Assembly: GCF_009914755.1 (NCBI RefSeq)
Contig: NC_060943.1
DNA length: 64,000 bases
Direction: 5' to 3' (one strand)
Source: the human T2T-CHM13v2.0 reference genome, Homo sapiens
The position numbers were made by a program, and so were the translations under genes. This document shows positions 25,360 to 42,237 of this stretch, one piece after another. The notes under the pieces were generated by a model. The model saw only the letters and a list, made by a program, of their open reading frames with translations. It was not told the origin of the DNA and did not search any database. Every line of letters begins with the position of its first letter. Position 1 is the first letter of the stretch.

Positions 25360-27550
25360 GGAGGTATTGCTGCAGTCCAGCCAGGTTGAAAGGGAAGGGG
25401 GGTCCCCAAAGGTCCATTGGATGGCAGGTGTCTACAGAGGCATGCCTTTGGGTGGAACTCTGACCCACCTAAGGTTTACTTTGCTATTTCAGGAAGGTTG
25501 AAGAGGATTGAAGGGTGAGTTGCTAAGTGACTTAGGGTTTATTCACTTCAGGAATCACAGCTGGGGTGGACCCCAGGAGCAGAGTACTGCATGCAGCTGT
25601 GCCCATGCATGGTTGCCCCAGCGTAGTGAGATGGGACCTGCCGCAGCATGCCCACTCCTGAGCTGCCAGGCTGAGCCATGGAGGACTGAAAGGAGGTCGC
25701 CCGGCATCACCTCCCGAGGTGAGACCTGCTGCAAAAGCCAAGCCAGCAGCATTGACGCCCTTTGATATCTTCGCCATTTTTGCTGCTGAAAGACTTGGCT
25801 TTTCAGTCTGACCCTGGCCCTCTGTGACCATGTGTCTGTAAAGCCAGTGGGTCAGGCCCTTCCATGCAGGGCCAGAGGAAAAGCGGGCCCAGGGCTGCAG
25901 TGAGAGCGGGGCAGGGGACCAGCCTACCAGATGGGTTGGAAACATGGCTCAGAAGGACCAACTACCCCTTCCCTTTGAGGAGCAAGTCTCTGCCGATCAG
26001 CAAGGCAAGGCCAGGAGCCCTCCTGGCGAAAGGCAGGCCACAAATCTGTTCTCCCCCAGGAGAAGTAGCAGTGCCAGGGCTTTGCGTTCCTGGTAACTTC
26101 CACCCAAACCACACCAGAGAGAAACACCGTAGTGGAGAAGGGAAGTGGGAGCGCTGACTGCTGTGTGCCAGGAGAGTAGAAAGGCCCAGGTCTGTGCCAC
26201 CACCCCTCCCCAAAGCTCAGTGCACCCAGAGTCTCACAGGGACCAACACGGTGCCTCGGTCCTGCTTCCATCCATGCAAGTGTCCTCTGCTCACCAGGGT
26301 GTTCTGAGGCAGCTCAAGTGCTCTCCCCCAAGCAGCACGCAGTCACCGCTGCCAGTGATGAACACACGCACGGGCTAGGCACATGGAGCCCAAGCACACT
26401 GCCACCTCGGACACGGGCCCCGGCCCAGCGACTGCCTTGTGGTGTGGCCGTCCTCATCTGCCACAGGAAGACAGACTTCGAGGGACCTCTTGCCTAAGGC
26501 CTCGCTGACTCAAGGGTAGAATTGAGATTTGGACCTAATAGGCTCCAGAACTGTGCTTTGAGCTACAGGGTGGCTGCAGGATGAGACGGATGCAGTTCAA
26601 AGTGCAGGATGTGCTGCCTTTATTACCTGCTTTCCCGCTGAGCAAATCCCTGTCTTGAGTGGGAAGTGGCATCTATTCCCCCAGCCATCTGAAAATGCTG
26701 TGTTCATAACCAAATAGGTGCTGTAGCTTCCTAGCCATCCCGCTCTTACCCGCCCCTCTGCAATGTAAAAGGCGTCCACTGTTGTGTAAATACACAGTTG
26801 CTTTCCAGAAAAGTTGTAGGTACCACTTGCCATGTGAAATCTGTTTTTCATTTAGCTCAGACTCAAGTTTCTGTGTGAGTGGCGGTTTAATTTGTAGATA
26901 CCTCTCCCTCTCCCCCAAGGAGACATGGTGAGGGTGCTCACCGGCCACTAAGCTGCCGCTGTGCCTGCCTGTTTCTAGGATACACTGTTGCCCTCATGGC
27001 CCACCCAGGGGTCATATCTCCCAGGTAGAGGAGGGAAAGGGGAGGGCCCAGCTGGGCGGGACATGGTTCCTGATGAGGAACAGCTGCAGAAAGCATGATC
27101 TGAGGCCCAGGGGCCGTGGCAGGGGCCAGGGCTGCCATGTCTCCACAGGCTGTGGCACAGCTTGTCATGGAGGGTAATGTGGTGCTTTTTGGCCCGATCT
27201 CTCCCATGTCCACTGTCCAAGGAGCAGGACCCTGGCAGAGCTGAGGCCTTGGCCATGTGGTCCCACGGGAGACAGAGCCACATTCGACTTGTGTAAGCCT
27301 CCATGCACCAGAGAAAGTGCCAAAGAGGAGAGAGTGGTTAGCAACTCAGGACAGGACCCAGAGGCTGCAGGACTGGGAGACATCAGCCCAGCGACCCACT
27401 GCTCAAAGAGTGGGGCCCAGGGGCCCTTTACATCTTCCCAGTGCCCAGCTGCCACACAGGGTCTGCAGAGGATAGGCCAGAGCCTCGGGGGAAAGGATGA
27501 GGTTCTTGGAGGAGAAAGGACAGCGAAAGGACAGCGTGTGCCATGGCTGA

Positions 27551-27871
27551 TGTATCCATCTGCTCTAATCTTCATAACAAAATGCCACACACTGGGGCTG
27601 CAGCATTTTCTCACAGCTCTTGAGGCTGGAAGCCAAAGATCAAGGTGCTGGCAGGGCTGGTTTCTGGAGAGGCCTCTCCCTTCTTGTCCTCACATGGCCT
27701 TTCCTCCCTGTGTGCAAGGAAAGTGATCCCTCGGGTCTTTTCCTTGTAGAAGGACGCCAGTCCTATTGGATCAGGCCGTGTTCTTATGAACTCGTGAAAG
27801 TCTCCAGACAGTCACAGTGGGGGCAAGGGCTTTATCATATGAATTTGGAGACCCAAGTCAGTTCACAGCCA
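27551..27871 (-). mobile_element. MaLR LTR, MLT1B-like
   Basis: cataacaaaatgccacacactggg...tctcacagctcttgaggctggaagccaaagatcaagg motifs. Confidence 0.65.
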
Positions 27872-28557
27872 CCCCGAAGCTTTCCCAGCCAGGACAGCCT
27901 GGTTGTGCCTCCCAGAAAGACTCCAACAGCTACCTGACTCCCAACCTCAGACACTAGCCAGGCCTTCTCTTTCCCCCATATGGGCTGCTTGGACCACTAG
28001 CCAGTCCAGCCAGCCCCAATGCTGGCCCCTGAGCTGCCATCACCACTGGATTCTGTGACATGCTCATACAGGAACTTGGGTCCAGGGCTGCTCCCTCCAG
28101 TACCCGGGGCCCCTGAGCTGCCCAGTTCCCCTTCACTTTTGCAAACAGCTGAACTCCTCCTCCCGCTGGGGCCAGGCACAGTCTGGATGGGGGAGGAAAT
28201 ACGTGTGCAGGTGGGCAGGATGGGCAGAGAAGTCTCCCTGGAGCAGGGGCTCCGGCTCTAGGCAGCTGTGGGTGTGAAGAGTGTATTCACACCAAGGCTC
28301 AGGGCAGGAGCCCGCAGAAGCATTGTGGAGGACCCAGGAAGGCAGGGGAAGCCTGCGAGGGTCTGCCCCCTGGGCTCAGGCAGGCAGGAGGAGAGGCCGG
28401 AAGGGGTATATGGCTGCCAGGAGTGGAGAGATGGCAGAGATGCTGGAAAAGCCCTAATCCATGGGGCAGGAGGTGGAGTTCTGCTGATCCATTCACGCAG
28501 TTCTGAAGTCTTGGGGACCTTGGTGCCGCCATCTGTCAAGTGGGGCCATTAGACTAG

Positions 28558-28740
28558 ACCCAGCGTTCCTGGAATGGCATCCTGGAACTTCCCATATCAG
28601 AGTTAGTGGGTGCACATTCAGAGCAGCCAGACCCTGGGCTGCACCTCAGACCTACTGAATCAGCCTCTGGCGGCGGGACCCAGATAGCTGTGTGTTTACC
28701 TAAGACCCCAGCTGATCACTGATGTTTGAGGACGCTGGGC
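28558..28740. mobile_element. MER5A-like hAT element
   Basis: cacctcagacctactgaatcag core motif. Confidence 0.6.
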
Positions 28741-28931
28741 TCCAGATGGTGTCTAAAGTCTCTTCCAGCTCTGAGGTCTGGACTGTGATTTCAGACTTGG
28801 GACTCTCAGGCCAACGTTTTCTGGAGGCTGGGAAAGATCATCAAATGACTGATCTCCCAGGTTCCAAAGAGTAAACAGGAACATCCCTCCACAAAGCCGT
28901 AAATTCTGGTAAAAAAGCTCGCTTTCTGGAC

Positions 28932-29135
28932 AATGGCTTTAGCTTTAATTTAGTTTGCATTTCTTAGCTATAATGTCTAATTAAGACATCTGTTAAATGT
29001 CTACAATATTAATAGAAGGGGTTCTAATAGAACTGTATTGGAATTGTCCATTTAATTAACCTCGTGAGCCTTTAATGGATGTCTTAAATAGACATCATTA
29101 ACAAGAGTGCTAGACAAATTAAAATTAGAGTCAAT
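28932..29135. repeat. Degenerate ~200-bp palindrome; probably an ancient palindromic element (MER135-like)
   Basis: Arms align over most of their length; the core ATGTCTAATTAAGACATC 28973-28990 pairs 17/18 with GATGTCTTAAATAGACAT 29078-29095. Confidence 0.75.
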
Positions 29136-29390
29136 AACATTCTTGGTAATTTTTCCTGAGCTGTGAAGGACAAGCCTTGCTAACTAGACAGGCGCAGAGA
29201 TAGGCTGTGTTCACAGGAGGGTGGGCGCTGCTGTCCTAGAGGGCATCTGAAATGGACAGGCCCCAAGTGGGATTCAGCTATTCTGTGTCTTGGTCCACTT
29301 TGCCCATAAAAGATAACCTCCAGCCATAGGAGGCAGGTCTCAGGAGCAAAGACCTGCCCTTCCCTATGCCTTTTACAGAAAACGTTTGCT

Positions 29391-29753
<363 letters not shown>

Positions 29754-29899
29754 TTAGGAGGGAGATGGAGGAGGATATAGGACCTCACCCAGAGACTCAC
29801 AAAACGCCAGATAGATGCACAGACTGGGTGAAATGCAACAGACTGGGATAGGGAAGGATTTCCTGGGACAGGTCGGGAGCAGGATGAAATGGAAAACAT

Positions 29900-31080
29900 T
29901 CCATTCTTTTGCCTCCACCGCCCCACTAAGCCACTCTCACTCAAGTGACTGCGTCTCTCCAGAGCCAGTGGTCGGTTCTCCGCCTCTGCCTTGCCTGGCC
30001 TCTCATCGGCATTTAACAGGTCATCCCTTCCTTCCTCCTGGAACACCTCTTATCCCCACACTCCCAACTTTCCTCCTGCCTCCCTGGCTACTCCCTCTCA
30101 CTGTCCTTTGGGAGCTCCTCTGCAGAACTTCTCAGTGTTAGAATGCCCTGAGCTCTGCCTTTGGACTTCTTTCCCCATTCCCTCCATAGCTGTCTCGTCC
30201 ACCACTTCAGATCCACCAGACCCACATGTGTAACTTGGTTTACCATCTGCCTCCTGCCAGCTAGAACGGAAGTTCCTAAGGACAGGACTGTTTTCCTCAC
30301 TGCCATACCCTCACTCATCCAGAGCGTATCTGACTGTATTCAGTGTTCTGTGACTGTTGAGGAAATGAGAAAGCTGCCCACCAGGCTCCACCTGGAGGTC
30401 TAACAGGCAGCCCAGCATGGTGGGCTGCACACAGCATGACGGACTTCCCTTCTCTTCCCTTCCTTCCACCCGCGCTTCTGCGGAGGCCCCTCGCCTCTTG
30501 GATGCTCACGCGGGAAACCAAGGAGCCATCCTGATTCCTCCCTTGCTTTCACGCCCCCACCAACCTTTCATCACGACATGGTGGCCCTCCTTGCAACCCT
30601 CCCACCACCTGCTGCTCCAGCCCCCTTCCACCCACCTGCCAGCACCCAGCCACAGCCACAGCCCCCCGCTGGCCTCCCTGCATCCACGCCTGGCCTCACT
30701 GTAGCCCGGGTGACCTTTGTGAAACATGACTCAGGGGGTGCCTCTCCCGCTGAAAACCCACAAGCGACTTCCTGCTGCACGCAGAATGAGAGCCAGCCCC
30801 TGATCGGCATCATCAAGGCCCTTCCAGATCAGACCCCAGCCCACCCCTGCCATCGTGGTCCACCTTCCCGCTGCACCCTGTGCCTCTCTACACCCCCAAG
30901 CATGCGATTGTCCCCGTGCACATCTGTGCCTGCCATTCCTTCCTCTCGAGCTTTCTCCTGACCCCTCAATCTGCAGGCAGCCTCCCTGCGTTCAGCTCTG
31001 CACACAGGGAAGGCCCCATCATCCTAGTTCTGCAGCCCCCACCCCAACCAGTCACTCTGTCACATTACTCTGTCTGATAT
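29900..31080 (+). mobile_element. Highly diverged L2 fragments
   Basis: tcccttccttcctcctggaacac..., acctttgtgaaacatgactca..., catcaaggcccttccagatc motifs. Confidence 0.5.
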
Positions 31081-31087
31081 TTCCTTT

Positions 31088-31385
31088 TCCTTTTTTTGAG
31101 ACAGGGTCTCGCTCTGTCACCCAGGCTGGAGTGCAGTGGTGTGATCATAGCTCACTTCAGCCTCAACCTCCCTGACTTAAGCGATCCTCGCACCTCAACC
31201 CCTCAAGTAGATGGGACCAGAGGTACATGCCACCATGCCTGGCTAATTTTTGTTTGCTTGTTTTTTTGAAGAGCTGGGGGTCTTGCTGTGTTGCCCAGGC
31301 TGGTCTCAAACTCCTGGCCTTAAGCAATCCTCCTGCCTCAGCCTCCCGAAGTGCTGGAATTACAAGCGCGAGCCACTGCATCCAG
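31088..31385 (-). mobile_element. Alu (AluJ-like)
   Basis: Antisense dimer. Confidence 0.93.
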
Positions 31386-32190
31386 CAGTCTTATGTTTTG
31401 TGTACCACTTCTCAGTCCCCAGTGCAACCATATCTGCCTGTTTCATATCATTTTCTTCCACTGGAATGTGAGCTGCTCGGACGCTGGGACACTGCCCATG
31501 GTGTTCGCCGCCATAACCATTGTAAGCCCCCTGCAGGGGAGAACACTGCCTTGCATATAATAAGTGCTCAGTAAATATTTGTTTTCTGACCCAAAAAGAA
31601 AAAATGAGCCCAGGATGTGCCTCTAATAATGTTGAATAAGGGTTGGCACACAGCAACTGCAAGTGGTGCTGGTCAGTGACCCCTGTCTGGGCCAGATGAG
31701 CCCGTGTGGCTTGCCCAGGGCAGGGCAGCTGCACATCCTGAGTCCAACGTGCCACCCCCCCTTCCTTGTCGGTGGGCACCCCTGGTAGCAGGAGCCGCGG
31801 GTGAGAAGGCAGCCCTGTGCCACTGGGCCCTGGCACCCCAGCTATGCAGACCGAGGAGGTTATGCTCCATCAACAGCTGTGACGTGCAGCAAGTGTGGCC
31901 CGCGCTTCTCTGCCCCTTTCAGTTTCCCCCATGAAGCCCCAGGGTCTGGCGGGAGCAGCTATGGCTGGCGCTGCATAGCCTGGCCTGGAGAGGCTGAGCC
32001 CAGCAGGAAACCCGAGTCAGGAAACCCAAGTTCAAGGCCCAAGTTCCCCGAGACCTTCGGTTCCAACCACAGAGAACGTGAAGAAAGGGAGTGTGGTGTT
32101 TATTGCAGGCACATTTAATCTACACAAATTAAACTGTATCCTCTACCAAAAGAGAGGGAGGGAGGGGAGGAAAGAGAAAGGACGCTGTAG

Positions 32191-32392
32191 AGAGTGCTGC
32201 CAGTGGCTCTGTCCTGCCTGTAGAGTGCTGCCAGTGGCTCTGTCCTGCCTGTAGAGTGCTGCCAGTGGCTCTGTCCTGCCTGTAGAGTGCTGCCAGTGGC
32301 TCTGTCCTGCCTGTAGAGTGCTGCCAGTGGCTCTGTCCTGCCTGTAGAGTGCTGCCAGTGGCTCTGTCCTGCCTGTAGAGTGCTGCCAGTGG
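32191..32392. repeat. Minisatellite/VNTR, 31-bp unit AGAGTGCTGCCAGTGGCTCTGTCCTGCCTGT, 6.5 identical copies
   Basis: Units start at 32191, 32222, 32253, 32284, 32315, 32346 and (partial) 32377. Confidence 0.97.
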
Positions 32393-32499
32393 AGGCTCGC
32401 CTTGCAGCGAATGTGAGACGGAAAGCATCCTCAGTTGCCCTGCTCTCCCAAAAAAGTGTGCGATTATAATGCTTTGTATAAAAAAACACAGGCCCCAAA

Positions 32500-32675
32500 C
32501 AGGTGCTGTGCCACAGGGGCTTGTGCTGGCTCATGAGAGCTGATGTGTGCACCTCCTGCAGACGGCACATTCATGCCGGCACCCTGCAACCCTCATGGTG
32601 GGAACATTTACACAGCAATTTACACTATGCTACAAACCAGGGCTTGTTACACATGTACCAGCATCCCATCACTGC
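32500..32675. mobile_element. MER63-like hAT-Blackjack remnant
   Basis: ctggctcatgagagctgatgtgtgcac, catggtgggaacatttacac and gctacaaaccagggct motifs. Confidence 0.55.
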
Positions 32676-32971
32676 CCTAAATGCAAGCTGGCTGCTCTGT
32701 GTGCAGAACAGGCTGTGTTAAGTCATCTTTAGGGGGCTACCTAGCCCCATGGAAGATGGGGCTCCGTGGCCTGGGAGCTGGAGACAGAGCGCTTGCTGGC
32801 TAAGGCAGGGGAGATTGCAAACAGAGGATGTGTGTTTTCTCAGGGCATATGTTATACTTCAATTTAAAATGTTTGTAGAAGAACCATTTGGACTATTATG
32901 TGGGTGCTTAATAAATATCTGAAATCATTTGAGCATCTCTCCAGCAGTCTCATTTCTTAATGGTAATGCCA

Positions 32972-33286
<315 letters not shown>

Positions 33287-34321
33287 CTAAGTGGCTCTTG
33301 CTTGAAAAATCACAGATTTAAAGCAAGGAAACCCACATTCCTAAGAAATGCAGTATGTCACCAAACTCACAATTTTAACAGCTCCCTCCTTTCAAAATAC
33401 GGGCTCTTCCGCTACCCCAGAACTCCAGGGACCAAGTGCTCTGCAGCCCTGTCACTAGGGCGTGGTTGCCACAGCCCTCCTGGTCCCGCCCTGTGAGGTT
33501 TCCAATTGAGTAGTGAGAGAGTGAGTGGTGATGACAGGACCCTGGGGCCACAGGGTGCGGTGGGAGGGGAACAGGGCCTGTGGCAGAGGCCCCTGGCAGG
33601 TCTGAAAGTAGGCTGGCTTCCCTCAGGACCTGAACTTAAGACAAGCCGGAGGGCTGAGCTGGAGTCAGGCAGGCTGAGGCCTCCTGCAGAGGAGCTGGGG
33701 TAGGAAGTGGGGCCTGCAGGGGCATGGCGCTGAGGAGGCTGGAGGCTTCAGGCACCAGGCAGGGCAGCAGGAAGTGAGGAAGACTGGCAGTGAACTGGAG
33801 AGGCCAAGGGCCGGAAGACCAGCTAGGAGGTTGTGGCCGGTGCTAGACGTCTGCAGCTTAACCAGGGTGTCGGCCTTGGGGATGCACGGAAACAGGTTTG
33901 AGAGGTGCACACAGCACCCACGAACAGGGCCTCAGGGACACAGCCCCTCCAGCCTCGGTCTGGGTGTCTACTCACAGCCCAGTGCCCTGAAGGGTGGCAG
34001 CCCCACTAGGCGAGTGGAGATGGCTCCAGCCGTCCAAGCTGCTGAACAAGGGGCTGTGGACAAGGCCAGCGTGGCCAAGGAGGCAGGGGCTGCAGCTGAG
34101 GTCTTCTCAGGGGAAAAGGGAGCAGGCAGGTGGGGAGACACCCTTGGGCAGACAGAAATAAGGAGGAAGATGGCAGAGCTGGGTCGCAGGGGTGGGGAGC
34201 CGTGTGGGCATACCTCCGGGTGTTGGGCAGGCTGCAGCCTTGTCTGGCTTAGCTTTGTGAGTTCAGTCAAGGGTGAGCCTCCACCCATGCCTTGGCGTCC
34301 TCATCTGTAAAATGAGCATCA

Positions 34322-34723
<402 letters not shown>

Positions 34724-35196
34724 TCACATGGCCAGTGGGTGAGTCACATGGCAAGTCCCCTCTCACCAAATCAGCTATTCTTCCAGAACTTGAGGAAGAC
34801 TTCCTTTCACCATAAATGTAAAGCCCCGTTGCCTGCCAGGGTGGGAACAGGACTATTTTTTGCATGGCATGAACCCCTGCCAGCTCCTGCCTCCTGGCGG
34901 TGCTTGCCGCAGAATTTACAGAATAAAATAACTATTGAACACCCTATTATCCGGCTGCCTAATTAATGTAAATGATAGTTATGGTCCCCACACCGTGGCA
35001 TATGTTTCTCGGAGGAGGCCCTGCCAGCCGCCTGGGCCCCATTCCAGGGGTTTTTATGGTAGCAGCCCCATTCTGGCTCCATTGAGTAAAAGGTAAGTTG
35101 TGGCCCTAAATAATGAAGACAGAAGAGCTAATGGGCTCGGTGAAGAAGGGCAGCTCAGGCGCTGGTCTCCGAATCAGGTGACAGACCCTGCACTAA

Positions 35197-36150
<954 letters not shown>

Positions 36151-36727
36151 CTAATAGACGGGGTCTTTCCTTGCAGACCCGAGTGCTCCACGGACCCCCG
36201 GTGCAACAGTCCCTAGGACTCTGGAACAGAGACACAGAGGAGGTGTTTCTCCCAGAGCGCTATACACAGAATAAAATCCTATGAGGCCCATGTGGCCTGG
36301 CCCCTGCCCTCCTCCAGCCTCACCTCATGCCAGGCAGCTGCCTCCTCTCCTCTGGCTCCCAGCGAGTGGCCCATCCTGGCCAGTCTTGCCCTGGCCTTCC
36401 CTAGTTTTAGCACAAACCAGAGCAGCTGGTCACCCTACTCCAGCCCCACCAGCTAGGCTTGGTCTCAGGGCATGGGCCCAGGATGGTCTTCCCCATTCTA
36501 TGTGTCTTAGTGCACTGGGGCTGTTATAACAAAAATACCAAAGACTAGATGATGGATAAAGAATAGAAATTTATTATTCACAGTCCTGGAAGCTGGGAAG
36601 TCCAAGATCAAGGTTCTGGCAGATTTGGTGTCTATCAAGGGCTCCTTCCTCATAGACACGTCTCTTCTCACTGTGTCCCCACTGGGTGTGGCACACTGGG
36701 TGTGGCAGAAGGGATAAGAGAGCTCTC

Positions 36728-37035
36728 GGCCGAGCGTGGTGGCTCACGTCTATAATTCCAACACTTTGGGAGGCTGAGGCGGGTGGATCACCTGAGGTCA
36801 GGAGTTCGAGACCAGCCAGGCCAACATGATGAAACCCTATCTCTACTAAAAATACAAAAATTAGCCGGGAGTGGTGGGTGTGCCTGCGGTCTCAGCTACT
36901 TAGGAAGCTGAGGCAGGAGAATTGCTTAAACCTGGGAGGCAGAGGTTTCAGTGAGCCAAGATTGCCCCATTTCACTCCAGCCTAGGTGACAAGAGCAAAA
37001 CTCCATCTAAAAATAAATAAATAAAATAAAATAAA
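36728..37035 (+). mobile_element. Alu
   Basis: Full dimer; TSD aagagagctctc. Confidence 0.95.
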
Positions 37036-37055
37036 GAGAGCTCTCTGTGGCCACA

Positions 37056-37365
37056 TTTTTTTTTTTTTTTTTGAGACAGAGTCTCACTCTGTTGCCCAGG
37101 CTAGAGTACAGAGATGCAATCTTGGCTCACTGCAACCTCTGCTTCCTGGGTTCCTGGGTTCAAGCGATTCTTGTGCCTCAGCCTCCCGAATAGCTGGGAT
37201 TATGGGCATGCACCACCACACCTAGCTAATTTCGGTATTTTCTGTGGTGATGGGGTTTCGCCATGTTGCCCAGGCTGCTCTCAAACTCCTGACCTCAAGT
37301 GATCCGCCCACCTCGGCCTCCCAAAGTGTTGAGATTACAGGTGTGAGCCACTGCTCCCGGTCTGG
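37056..37365 (-). mobile_element. Alu
   Basis: Antisense dimer. Confidence 0.95.
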
Positions 37366-37694
37366 CCTCTTTTATAGGGCGTTAATCCCTATAAACACTC
37401 CATCCTCAGGACCTAATCCCATCCCACAGCCCCCGCCTCTTAACAGCCTCACATTGGGCATTTGGTTCAATATATGAATTGGTGGTGGACACAAAATATT
37501 AAGTCGATAGCAGACTGTTAGCTCCTCAGGGGGCAGACCGATGTTTTAGGCCTTCCCAGACCACCCTAAGTCCACCAGTCACCATCTCCACAGTGCTGGA
37601 GAGAGAAGCTGACTCTGCATGGCTGGTCTGCTTCCGTCCTGTGGGAGGAGGCTGGGCCCTGCGTTGGCCGCCCACCCCAGCCCTCCCTCTGTCA

Positions 37695-38570
<876 letters not shown>

Positions 38571-39257
38571 TAGGGCAAGTCACCTCTGGGAGCCAGAGCT
38601 TCCTTGCTGTAGAATGAGGAGTATCCACCCTGTGCTGTGGGAGTAATGGGGGCCGGGCACAGGGTAAACACGTGCCATTTGCTGTCCTGGTGCTTTCTGT
38701 TGTTGAATGGACAGTTCAGAACCTCCAGAAATCACCCTGAGAATCTCAGGCTTTGTAACAGCAGTGTCTCACCCAGGTCTCCGAGGTGACCACGGCCACT
38801 CACAGGGCTGCAGGCTAGGCCAGGTGCCCCTCCACCAAGGACCCAGACACCAGGAGCCTGGATTTGCCACCACTTTCTATGCTGTGTTATAAACACAAAC
38901 ATGTGTCTGCCTCCTTGACTATAAGCTCTGATGAATTCGCCCCTGAGTCCCAGGCTCAGCGCAAAGGCCAGCTCGATGCAGGGGCTCGGAGAATGAGTAA
39001 GTGAATCAGTGAATGTGCCCGCAGCTGGTGTGATCAGGAACTTTTGGGTCATTTCAGGGCCGTCTCTGGGGCAGGATGGTGCTTCTGAGAAGGGTCCCTG
39101 GACCAACCCACCCAGGAGCCATCACAGGCCAGGTTTCTGTCCCAGCATGCCTTGCAGGGTGTGCCTCGGACTCACATTTCCATAGAAATGAAAAGTAAAA
39201 TACCAAAGTGCATCGCACATGTGTCAGGTCGCTTCTATTTCCTCACATTTTATTTTA

Positions 39258-39634
<377 letters not shown>

Positions 39635-39775
39635 CTATTCCAGGAAGCTCTGCAACAGCACCAGGCCTGAGGGACAGTGACAGGTAGATAAATAGAAAAA
39701 TGCTGCTTAGGAGCAGGGTTGCAAGCCCACAGGATCAGATTGTCAAGTTTGGAGCTGAACTCCAGCCTAGGGGTA

Positions 39776-40068
39776 TTTTTTGTTTTTTCATTTTCTTTTG
39801 AGACAGGGCCTGGCTCTGTTGCTCAACCTGGAGCGCAGTGACCCAATCATGGCTCACTGCAGCCTCAAACTCCTGGGCTCAAGCAATCCACCCTCCTCAG
39901 TCTCCCAAGTAGCTGGGACTACAGGCACACCTGGAAAATTATTTTATTTTTGTTAAAGAGGAGGTCTCTGTTGTGCAGGCTGTTCTCAAACCCCTGGGTT
40001 CAAGCGATCCTTCCACCTTTGTTTCCCAAAGCGCTGGGTTTACAGGTGTGAGTCACTGTGGCTGGCCC
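39776..40068 (-). mobile_element. Alu (AluJ-like)
   Basis: Antisense dimer. Confidence 0.92.
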
Positions 40069-40254
40069 CAGCCCAGGTTTTCCTACTCCACTGCCTTGTA
40101 CCTGGCTCACCCCCCTCTATAGAAGCCCATGATCTCTTCTGGTTCAGGAGCACCATGGTGGTGTGTGGCTTCTCTACACTGTGGTCCCATGTGGACACGT
40201 CTCAGAGCTGCCACTCCAGGAGACACTGACTTTGGCCTGTGGCCATCGAGTGCA

Positions 40255-41124
<870 letters not shown>

Positions 41125-41790
41125 TGAAGTAACAGGTGCAGCCTAATGAGGGGTCCTTGGGGAGGATTGGTATTGTGTGGACCCACATGAGCTGCAGCTG
41201 CATTTCCCAGCATGTCCTTCCCTATGCAGTTCCCAGTTCGCATGGGTTGGGCCACAAGAGACATTCCCTGAGATTTGGGAGGCGGAAGTGACGCAGCAGC
41301 CATCTTCTCAGCATTCTGGAGGTCCAAGGCCTCCCTGGTACTCTGGGAGACTGCATAAAACACCCATTCCATGATCCCATCTGAGGTGAAGGAGTTGGGG
41401 TATTGATCCACCAGTGCCACTTGGTAGGGGCCATCCCAGAAGGTGTTAATCCCCTGGCATTTCCTGATGACCATGAGGTAGGCACAGTTGCACACTGGAG
41501 CTTTGCAGAATGCCCTCAGGTAAAAAGATGCAGAAACTTTAATTTGCAGGCTATGGGCAGGGCACCAGCAGTGCCTCCTACAGAGCACTGATTAAGTCAC
41601 TACTGAGTGCTCTACAGGTAACCCCTTCAAATCTTAGCAACAGCTTCAAGAGGCAATTAGGAACATCCAGATTCACCCGTGAGCCTCAGGAGCTTGTCCC
41701 CCCCTGGGAAGATGGAACAGTAGGGATTTGAACCCAGGATGTCTGAGCCACTGCTTTCCCCAACAAAACTACACAAATTCAGTGGGGTCA

Positions 41791-42237
<447 letters not shown>

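Larger units (their letters stand above)
36503..37512 (-). mobile_element. MaLR LTR (MLT1A/MST-like) split by two Alus
   Basis: tgtcttagt...ataacaaaatacc...tcacagtcctggaagctgggaagtccaagatcaagg; resumes after 37365. Confidence 0.7.

Noticed and set aside
32115-32570. Repetitive ORFs (151 aa and 99 aa) and a CRISPR-like look of the 31-bp repeat
   Set aside because: The units are directly adjacent with no spacers and there are no cas genes in this eukaryotic DNA; the ORFs merely read through the VNTR.
33774-34310. 178-aa ORF in GC-rich sequence
   Set aside because: No recognisable domain, non-ATG (GTG) start and no exon structure; expected by chance at this GC content.
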